Below, piece by piece: positions 1-7,364 of a stretch of DNA of 64,000 nucleotides (position 1 is the stretch's first letter; each line of letters starts with the position of its first letter). Location of the stretch: assembly GCA_030681475.1 (NCBI GenBank), contig JAUXWT010000049.1, forward strand, positions 7,991 through 71,990, in the 5' to 3' direction. The position numbers and the translations under genes were made by a program. The notes below the pieces were generated by a model. That model was not told the DNA's origin. It was given only the letters and a program-made list of their open reading frames with translations, and did not search any database. The stretch is from Bacteroidales bacterium. GTDB lineage: Bacteria > Bacteroidota > Bacteroidia > Bacteroidales > FEN-979.

Positions 1-26
1 ATTGGATCATTTAACAACAGTGCGCA

Positions 27-824
27 GTGAACAACAGTTACCATTCCATTCTCCCATTCCTTCCCGACCGAACAACCAAACCCCGACTAAGCGGCATCGC
101 GATGGTTATGGACAAAGGTCTCAGCGTGCGCGAGGCCGAAGACTTTGTTGAATCAGCAGGTCACCTTGCTGATTTTGTAAAACTTGGCTTTGGAACATCC
201 CTGGTGGGGAACAAAGTCAGGGAAAAAGTGAAGGTATATCGGCAGGCAAACATCAAAGTATATGTTGGCGGAACCCTTTTCGAAGCTTTCCTGGTCAGGA
301 ACCGGTTTGATGATTACCTGAAGTACATTGATAACCTTGGCCTTGATACCATTGAAGTTTCCGATGGCTCGATCATCCTGGAACATGAAATAAAATGCGA
401 ATATATTCGCAAATTGTCGGAACAATATACCGTACTTTCTGAGGTGGGCTCCAAAGAATCAGGCATGATCATTGCCCCCGGACGTTGGATCGAGATGATG
501 CAAAACGAATTGCAGGCCGGCGCTTTCAAGGTGATCGGGGAGGCGAGGGAAGGTGGAAATGTCGGGATATACCGTCCAACCGGTAAGGCCCATACGGTTC
601 TGATCAATAAAATTTTAGCAAAAGTACCGGGTGACCTGATTCTGTGGGAGGCGCCGTTGAAATCTCAGCAGGTTTGGTTTATTCAACATTTCGGTGCAAA
701 CGTGAACCTTGGAAATATTGCACCTGCCGAGCTCATCCCGCTTGAAACACTGCGCCTTGGACTAAGGGGGGATACATTTTTCAGCTTTCTGCCGGCTGAT
801 TTCAGTAAATTCCAACCGAAATAG
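27..824 (+). CDS. comA: (2R)-phospho-3-sulfolactate synthase, ComA family
   Basis: 265-aa ORF with a GTG start and an in-frame stop at 12-14 upstream. End-to-end resemblance to the ComA/YitD family from memory (KPRxSGIxMVMDKG, DFVKLGFGTS, VYVGGTLFE, IEVSDG). Confidence 0.75.
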   Translation: MNNSYHSILPFLPDRTTKPRLSGIAMVMDKGLSVREAEDFVESAGHLADFVKLGFGTSLVGNKVREKVKVYRQANIKVYVGGTLFEAFLVRNRFDDYLKYIDNLGLDTIEVSDGSIILEHEIKCEYIRKLSEQYTVLSEVGSKESGMIIAPGRWIEMMQNELQAGAFKVIGEAREGGNVGIYRPTGKAHTVLINKILAKVPGDLILWEAPLKSQQVWFIQHFGANVNLGNIAPAELIPLETLRLGLRGDTFFSFLPADFSKFQPK

Positions 825-863
825 AAAAATGGTGAAATGGCGAAATAGCGAAATGGTGAAATG
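824..863 (+). repeat. Octamer tandem array, 5 units (GAAAAATG GTGAAATG GCGAAATA GCGAAATG GTGAAATG)
   Basis: Read directly from the sequence. The array fills the whole spacer from the comA stop (822-824) to the aroE ATG (861-863), and that ATG is the last 3 nt of the last unit. Confidence 0.9.
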
Positions 864-1637
864 GACCAGGTCAAATTAATATTCGGGTTGATCGGGTTTC
901 CGCTGGGTCATTCGCGGTCGCCGGAATGGTTTAATGAAAAATTCAGATCCGCCGGACAAAATGAATATGAATATCGCCTTTTTCCTTTGGCCAGGATTGA
1001 GGAAGTTGCAAGTCTGCTGATAAAATATCCGGAACTTGCCGGCTTGAATGTCACCATCCCCTATAAAGAGAAAATTATTCCTTACCTCGACGAATTGGAT
1101 GAAACAGCCCGGTTGATCGGTGCGGTTAACACAATCATTATCATCCGAACGAAGGGGAAGATCCTGACCAGGGGTTTCAATACGGATGCACCCGGATTTC
1201 TTCAAACGCTCTCGGCCAGAATACCCCATAGTCCTGCGCTGATCCTTGGAACCGGTGGCGCTGCCAGGGCGGTTGCACATGCTTTGACCCTGAAAAATAT
1301 CCGGTTTACATTTGTTTCCTCCATTAATAAGGGGCCCGGAATCTTATCTTACAACGACCTCACCCGGGAGGTGATCAGCCATCATCTGCTTATCATTAAT
1401 GCCACACCACTTGGGATGTTTCCGGATATTGAAAGATTTCCGCCAATACCATACCATTTTCTTTCCGGTGATCACTTTTTATATGATCTGATCTATAACC
1501 CTGAAGAGACCGAATTCATCAAACGGGGAAAAGCCATGAACACCAAAACCATGAATGGCGCACAGATGCTGATAAACCAGGCAGAGTTATCTCTCCTAAA
1601 ATTCCTGAATCCCGTATTTAGAAGCATTCTCAATTAA
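861..1637 (+). CDS. aroE: Shikimate 5-dehydrogenase
   Basis: 258 aa with motifs GLIGFPLGHSRSP, NVTIPYKE, GAVNT, NTD and GTGGAARAV typical of AroE. Confidence 0.85.
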   Translation: MDQVKLIFGLIGFPLGHSRSPEWFNEKFRSAGQNEYEYRLFPLARIEEVASLLIKYPELAGLNVTIPYKEKIIPYLDELDETARLIGAVNTIIIIRTKGKILTRGFNTDAPGFLQTLSARIPHSPALILGTGGAARAVAHALTLKNIRFTFVSSINKGPGILSYNDLTREVISHHLLIINATPLGMFPDIERFPPIPYHFLSGDHFLYDLIYNPEETEFIKRGKAMNTKTMNGAQMLINQAELSLLKFLNPVFRSILN

Positions 1638-1668
1638 TTGTATTTGCAAATTTATGCCCTCTTTTGCT

Positions 1669-1676
1669 TAATTTTG
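1669..1676 (+). promoter_or_regulatory. Bacteroidota-type -7 box TAATTTTG
   Basis: Exact match to TAnnTTTG, 55 nt upstream of the ATG at 1731. Confidence 0.45.
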
Positions 1677-1730
1677 GGTGCGACAAGTTAAATTAACCTT
1701 ATCTGTTTCGCTCTGCCAGTATTCACAGCA

Positions 1731-2600
1731 ATGTCAAAAATTGCCCATATCATATATATTTCAGTGTTGACGATCATCGTCATTGTTGTGGTTATTGCGG
1801 TTACCCGCATCGGATTATCATACTACACGGTTGGAATTGAAGAGCGGTTCTTTCATCCTGACCATATAAAATTGAAACCCAGCGGGACCTGGGGCCATGG
1901 CATGGGCATCATCGGATCATTGTTTATGATAACCGGTGTTTCCATCTATATGGCAAGGAAAAGATTCAGGATATTCAGCCGGGTAGGCATCCTGAAACAC
2001 TGGCTGGAGTTTCACATTTTCCTGTGTTCGATGGGGCCGATCCTGGTGCTTTTTCACACCTCTTTTAAATTTGGCGGGTTGGTTGCCATCAGTTTCTGGA
2101 GCATGGTGGCGGTTTTCGTGAGCGGTATCATCGGGAGGTTCATCTATATCCAGATCCCGAGAACAATAGAAGGAAGGGAATTGAGTTTAAATGAAGTTAG
2201 GGAAATGAAGAGTGATATCGGTGACCATATCCGGAATCTTGTTTCCCTGAATGATGAAAGCTACAACATTATTGTTGATTCAACCAGGAAGAGGGTTGAA
2301 CGAAGTCATAAAAATTTCCTTGTTCGCTATATCAGGAAGTACAGCGATGACAGGAAAACTATCCGCAACGTAAAAACGGTCCTCAGGCAAAACAAAATTA
2401 CCAAATCGCAGCATAAACAAGTTCTGGCCCTGGTGAAGAGTGATATTTCACTGAACAGAAGGATTGAAAGACTTGTGACCATGCAAAATTTATTCAAATA
2501 CTGGCATGTCGCACATCTGCCGTTTGCACTTGTGATGCTGATCATCATGATCATTCACATTGCTGTAACCATCATTTTTGGTTACCGCTGGATATTTTGA
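1731..2600 (+). CDS. Polytopic membrane protein with His residues in TM helices (possible haem-b or ferric-reductase-like subunit)
   Basis: 289 aa with about 4 N-terminal TM segments, a basic soluble region and a C-terminal TM segment. His-containing helices are HWLEFHIFL, LFHTSF and WHVAHLPF. It overlaps the next gene by 4 nt. I do not recognise the family. Confidence 0.5.
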   Translation: MSKIAHIIYISVLTIIVIVVVIAVTRIGLSYYTVGIEERFFHPDHIKLKPSGTWGHGMGIIGSLFMITGVSIYMARKRFRIFSRVGILKHWLEFHIFLCSMGPILVLFHTSFKFGGLVAISFWSMVAVFVSGIIGRFIYIQIPRTIEGRELSLNEVREMKSDIGDHIRNLVSLNDESYNIIVDSTRKRVERSHKNFLVRYIRKYSDDRKTIRNVKTVLRQNKITKSQHKQVLALVKSDISLNRRIERLVTMQNLFKYWHVAHLPFALVMLIIMIIHIAVTIIFGYRWIF

Positions 2601-3934
2601 AGATGGAATTAGTATTCGAGAAAGTGGCTGTCTACACTGTGGCGATCCTCTTCTGCCTGGTGGTGGTCGTTATATATCTTCGAAAACAAAAACGGGATTC
2701 GAATAAGGTTGAGGAAAAAATCGTCAAGGCAAAGCTTGAGGGGTTGTATGAACCTGTATCACTTCATCCCGTAGTTGATGTAGGAAGTTGTATTAAAACC
2801 GGAGCCTGCATTGCTGCCTGTCCTGAAAAGGATATCCTCGGGATCAGAAATGGAAAAGCAACTACAATCAATGCTTCTCAATGCATCGGGCATGGCGCCT
2901 GTTTTCATGCATGCCCTACAGAGGCAATAACATTATGTATCGGCACCGAGAAGAGAGGTGTTGAATTACCGCATGTCGACCAAAACTTTGAGACTAACAT
3001 TCCCGGGATTTTCATTGCCGGGGAATTGGGTGGCATGGGCCTGATCAAAAATGCTGTGGAACAAGGCAAACAGGCTGTGGAAAATATTGTGAAGTCGATC
3101 CCTAAAAGCCATCAAGGCGCCTACGATCTGATTATTGTGGGAGCAGGGCCGGCAGGTATTTCTGCTTCGCTGACCGCAAAAAAACATCAACTTAAATTCA
3201 TCACCTTAGACCAGGATACCCTGGGTGGAACAGTTTTCACCTTTCCACGTTCAAAGATCGTGATGACATCGGCCATGGACTTGCCTCTTCACGGAAAAGT
3301 GAAACTCTTCGAAACGAGCAAATCAGAATTGCTTTCATTGTGGAATGACGTATTGACAAAAAACGACATTATAATAAAGGAAAATTCAAAGGTTGAGTCC
3401 ATTACTTCTGAAAATGATTATTTCAATGTGGTAACGCTAAACGGTGATAAATATACTGGTAAAAAGGTGTTGCTTTCCATCGGCCGGCGGGGAACCCCGC
3501 GAAAATTAGGCATTCCCGGAGAAACACTCGAGAAAGTAGCCTATCGGCTTCTGGAGCCTGAACTTATCAGCAATAATGAGATCATGATCGTGGGGGGTGG
3601 CGACTCCGCAATTGAATCTGCCCTACTGCTTGCGGACCAGAACAAAGTAACCATATCTTATAGAAATGAAGTATTCAACAGGATCAAACCTAAGAACAAC
3701 GAAAAGATCAACTTAGCCATGGCTTCAGGTAAGATCCAGGTTCTCTTTAATACCAACCCGATCAGAATTGAGAAAGAGTCGGTCACGCTTGCAAGAAATA
3801 CCGAAGGAGATGAATTGGGAATTAAAAATGACCTGATTTACATATTTGCCGGAGGTGAACTTCCAACACAATTTTTGCAGAAGGTCGGCCTGCACATCAC
3901 AAAAAAATTCGGAGAGGCGATTTTGAAACATTGA
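2597..3934 (+). CDS. Membrane-anchored Fe-S / FAD-NAD(P) oxidoreductase (thioredoxin-reductase-like fold)
   Basis: 445 aa with an N-terminal TM segment followed by RKQKR. Two ferredoxin-like motifs (CIKTGACIAACP, CIGHGACFHACP) are followed by dinucleotide-binding motifs IIVGAGPAG and IVGGGDSA. Confidence 0.8.
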   Translation: MKMELVFEKVAVYTVAILFCLVVVVIYLRKQKRDSNKVEEKIVKAKLEGLYEPVSLHPVVDVGSCIKTGACIAACPEKDILGIRNGKATTINASQCIGHGACFHACPTEAITLCIGTEKRGVELPHVDQNFETNIPGIFIAGELGGMGLIKNAVEQGKQAVENIVKSIPKSHQGAYDLIIVGAGPAGISASLTAKKHQLKFITLDQDTLGGTVFTFPRSKIVMTSAMDLPLHGKVKLFETSKSELLSLWNDVLTKNDIIIKENSKVESITSENDYFNVVTLNGDKYTGKKVLLSIGRRGTPRKLGIPGETLEKVAYRLLEPELISNNEIMIVGGGDSAIESALLLADQNKVTISYRNEVFNRIKPKNNEKINLAMASGKIQVLFNTNPIRIEKESVTLARNTEGDELGIKNDLIYIFAGGELPTQFLQKVGLHITKKFGEAILKH

Positions 3935-3944
3935 TAATTTATCG

Positions 3945-4034
3945 ATGCAAGCAATGGAGACAATGCAAGCAAGGAAAACAATGCAAGTAATGAAGACAAT
4001 GCAGGCAATGAAGGCAATGCAAGTAATGGCGCGA
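3945..4034 (+). repeat. Nonamer tandem array, 10 units (consensus ATGCAAGCA / ATGAAGACA, alternating to give an 18-bp super-repeat)
   Basis: Read directly from the sequence. Nine of the ten units start with an ATG in frame with the downstream cytochrome ORF. The array ends exactly at the ATG at 4035. Confidence 0.9.
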
Positions 4035-5633
4035 ATGAAATTAATAATTAGTTTACTGGCTTTATTGGTTGGTTGTCAGGGGTATGCTCAAATCTCACCA
4101 GGGGAATTATCCAAGGTTCATGCTCATCTGGAGGGGATATCAAATTGCACACAATGCCATATCCTGGGAAAAAAGGTGTCCAATAAAAAATGCCTGGATT
4201 GCCATACAGAGATCAAAGAACGGATTGAACAAAAGACTGGATATCATTCATCTTCCGACATCAGGGGTAAGGAGTGTGTTGCCTGTCACAGCGACCATCA
4301 CGGGTTAAATTTTCAGATCATCCGGTTCAACACAGAACAATTCGATCACAACTTAACAGGATTCGGTTTGTCAGGCGCACACAGCAAGAAGCAATGTTCC
4401 GACTGCCATAAAAAGGAATTCATTAAAGATCAGAAGATCAAAGCGAAAAAATTCACTTACCTTGGCTTGGGTTCAGGTTGCCTGACATGCCATGCGGATT
4501 ATCACCAGCAAACAATGTCGGCAAAATGCACTGAATGTCATGAATTTACAGCCTTCAAACCTGCCTCAAAATTCAACCATGACAAAACTGAATTTAAATT
4601 AATCGGGAAACATATCCAGGTCGCATGCATTGGCTGTCATAAGACCGGAACTAAAAACGGACAAAGCTTCCAGGAATTCAAGGACATCAAATTCGATAAC
4701 TGCACAAGCTGCCATCAGGATGTACACAACAACAAGTTTGGACAGAATTGCACACAATGTCATACAGAACAGTCATTCGGGTACATCAAAGGCGTCCGGA
4801 ATTTCGACCACGATAAAACTGATTTCAGGCTGGAGGGAAAACATCAAACAGTCGGATGCAATGATTGTCATAAAACTAAATTAACCAATGCGCTGAAATT
4901 CGGTCGGTGCACCGACTGTCATGCCGATTATCATAAGAACCAATTTGCTGCGCAGGGAGTATCACCTGATTGTTCGCAATGTCATACCGTAAATGGGTTC
5001 TCTGAAAGTACTTATACCATGGAACGGCACAACCAAGGCGTCTTTCCGTTAAGGGGAGCTCATCTGGCAACGCCATGTTTTGCCTGTCATAATAAAAATG
5101 CCGGTCAGACGCAGAAAAACTGGCAGTTCACGAAGATCGGGATGCGTTGCATCGACTGTCACCAGAATATTCACCAACAATTTATCAGCGAGAGATATTA
5201 TCCCCAATCAAGTTGCGAGAGTTGTCATGACGAGACCCGTTGGAATTCAATCAACTTTGATCACAACAAAACGAATTTTGAACTTACCGGTACACATGCC
5301 CATAAAACCTGCAGGGATTGTCATTTCAACAAAGAAAAGGAAGGAACCACACAGCAGAAATTTATGGGTACGCCAGCCACCTGCTCAGGATGCCATATCG
5401 ACATTCATTTACAACAGTTTGATAACAATGGGGTTAACGATTGTTCAAGATGTCATGACCCTGTTTCATTTAAACCTGTGACGAAATTTGATCACAGTAA
5501 AACCTTATTCCCGTTGGATGGAAAACACAAAGATCTTGCCTGTAACAAATGTCACAAGGTAATGGAGAATAATGGAATTTATTATGTACTGTACAAAATA
5601 AAGGAGTTCAAATGCGAAAATTGTCATCATTGA
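4035..5633 (+). CDS. Multihaem c-type cytochrome, 20 CXXCH, lipoprotein
   Basis: I counted 20 CXXCH motifs. The signal peptide MKLIISLLALLVGC carries a lipobox. Repeated F-[DN]-H-x-K-T-x-F-x-L-x-G-x-H...CxxCH modules resemble c3/c7-type polymers. The ORF-track start at 3945 lies inside the repeat array, so 4035 is preferred. Confidence 0.9.
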   Translation: MKLIISLLALLVGCQGYAQISPGELSKVHAHLEGISNCTQCHILGKKVSNKKCLDCHTEIKERIEQKTGYHSSSDIRGKECVACHSDHHGLNFQIIRFNTEQFDHNLTGFGLSGAHSKKQCSDCHKKEFIKDQKIKAKKFTYLGLGSGCLTCHADYHQQTMSAKCTECHEFTAFKPASKFNHDKTEFKLIGKHIQVACIGCHKTGTKNGQSFQEFKDIKFDNCTSCHQDVHNNKFGQNCTQCHTEQSFGYIKGVRNFDHDKTDFRLEGKHQTVGCNDCHKTKLTNALKFGRCTDCHADYHKNQFAAQGVSPDCSQCHTVNGFSESTYTMERHNQGVFPLRGAHLATPCFACHNKNAGQTQKNWQFTKIGMRCIDCHQNIHQQFISERYYPQSSCESCHDETRWNSINFDHNKTNFELTGTHAHKTCRDCHFNKEKEGTTQQKFMGTPATCSGCHIDIHLQQFDNNGVNDCSRCHDPVSFKPVTKFDHSKTLFPLDGKHKDLACNKCHKVMENNGIYYVLYKIKEFKCENCHH

Positions 5634-7354
5634 TTTTGTCGTCTGTATTGTCTGTAAGTCTGATTGCACAGCCATCGCCACACGGAGCGGATTTTGCTGT
5701 TGCATGTTCGGAATGCCACAGTACCTCGGGTTGGACCATAAACATGAAAACCCTTTCGTTTAATCATGGCTCCACTCAGTTTCCGCTGATCGGGCAACAC
5801 CGGTCGGTGAACTGCAGGTTGTGCCATACTTCCCTTGAATTTGTTAAAACAGGGGCTGAATGCATTGATTGTCATACAGATATGCACAATCAGACTTTGG
5901 GGCATGACTGCGTAAGGTGCCATACTCCAAAGTCATGGGTTGTAAATAATATTACGGAGATCCATCAACGGAGTCGGTTCCCCCTTGTGGGAGCCCATGT
6001 GACTGCAGATTGCTTCGACTGTCATACAAATGCCTCGGCATCGAAGCTAAGTTTTTATCCGCTGGGGGTAGAATGTTTTGATTGCCATTTAAAAGATTAT
6101 GCAGGCACCACCAGACCGGATCACACGGCCGGAGCTTATTCGAAAAACTGTCTCGAATGTCATAATATGACCTCTGTTTCATGGTCAGGAGCTGGAATAA
6201 ATCACAATTTCTTCCCACTCACCCTGGGTCATAAAATCAATAATTGCCAGGAGTGCCATAAAACAGGCAATTTTACCGGTACATCCACTGTTTGTGTCTC
6301 CTGTCATCAGTCAAACTACAATTCAACTTCTAACCCAAACCACAACTCCATCGGTTTTTCGACAAACTGCACCGACTGCCACACGACAAACCCTGGCTGG
6401 AAACCTGCCGAATACCGGGAACATGATGCCAAATCATTTCCAATTTATTCCGGAAAACATAATGGCACATGGAGCATATGCAGCGAATGCCACACTAATC
6501 CTGCAAGCTATACACAATTCACCTGTATCGATTGCCATGACCACAACCAACCTGACATGGACAAAGAGCACGCTGAGGTTCAAGGCTACGCCTATAACAG
6601 TCCAGCGTGCTTTGCATGTCACCCGACCGGCTCAAAAGAAGGTGCCTTTAACCACATCAGTTATCCGCTTACAGGCGCACATGCGAATATCGCTGCCAAT
6701 TGCTTTACCTGCCATCAGGGAAACTACATCAACACTCCGAATACCTGCGAGGGGTGTCACTTACCGGCTTATAACTCATCAACAAATCCAAATCATGCCT
6801 CCCTAAGCATTCCGGCAACCTGCACTTCCTGTCATACCACCAATCCAAACTGGAAACCTGCCACTTTCGATATACACAACACTTTTTATGTTCTGGCCGG
6901 AGCTCATGTTGCCATAGCGAACAATTGTACCGACTGCCACCAGGGGAATTATAATTCCACGCCAAGTACCTGCGTTGGTTGTCACCAGCCGGATTATAAT
7001 CAAACAACCAATCCATCGCATGTTGCAGCACAGTTTCCGACCAGTTGTATCGATTGCCATACACAATCAGCTTGGATTCCTGCCAATTGGAATCATGACG
7101 GACAGTACTTCCCAATCTACTCGGGAAAACATAAAAATGAATGGAATACCTGTGCCGATTGCCATACTAATGGGGGGAATTATTCAGTGTTTACCTGTAT
7201 AACCGCTTGCCATCCTCAATCACAAACAGACAATGACCATCAGGGGGTAAGCGGATATTTTTATAACAGCGCTGCCTGCTATAACTGCCATCCCCAGGGG
7301 ACATCGGCAGGAAAAATGCTGGACAAGTTCAACAAGATCAATCGAAAAGAATAA
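5612..7354 (+). CDS. Multihaem c-type cytochrome, 21 CXXCH plus one CX3CH (CITACH)
   Basis: The signal peptide is MRKLSSLILSSVLSVSLIAQ. Haem motifs were counted by hand. There is an internal duplication of about 115 aa. The gene overlaps the upstream cytochrome by 22 nt. Confidence 0.9.
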   Translation: MRKLSSLILSSVLSVSLIAQPSPHGADFAVACSECHSTSGWTINMKTLSFNHGSTQFPLIGQHRSVNCRLCHTSLEFVKTGAECIDCHTDMHNQTLGHDCVRCHTPKSWVVNNITEIHQRSRFPLVGAHVTADCFDCHTNASASKLSFYPLGVECFDCHLKDYAGTTRPDHTAGAYSKNCLECHNMTSVSWSGAGINHNFFPLTLGHKINNCQECHKTGNFTGTSTVCVSCHQSNYNSTSNPNHNSIGFSTNCTDCHTTNPGWKPAEYREHDAKSFPIYSGKHNGTWSICSECHTNPASYTQFTCIDCHDHNQPDMDKEHAEVQGYAYNSPACFACHPTGSKEGAFNHISYPLTGAHANIAANCFTCHQGNYINTPNTCEGCHLPAYNSSTNPNHASLSIPATCTSCHTTNPNWKPATFDIHNTFYVLAGAHVAIANNCTDCHQGNYNSTPSTCVGCHQPDYNQTTNPSHVAAQFPTSCIDCHTQSAWIPANWNHDGQYFPIYSGKHKNEWNTCADCHTNGGNYSVFTCITACHPQSQTDNDHQGVSGYFYNSAACYNCHPQGTSAGKMLDKFNKINRKE

Positions 7355-7364
7355 AACTATTTCC

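Noticed and set aside
3945-4034. N-terminal extension MQAMETMQARKTMQVMKTMQAMKAMQVMAR of the cytochrome, as given by the ORF track
   Set aside because: This sequence is the translation of a 9-bp tandem repeat. A normal lipoprotein signal peptide starts at the ATG at 4035. I kept the array as a finding but not as the annotated start.
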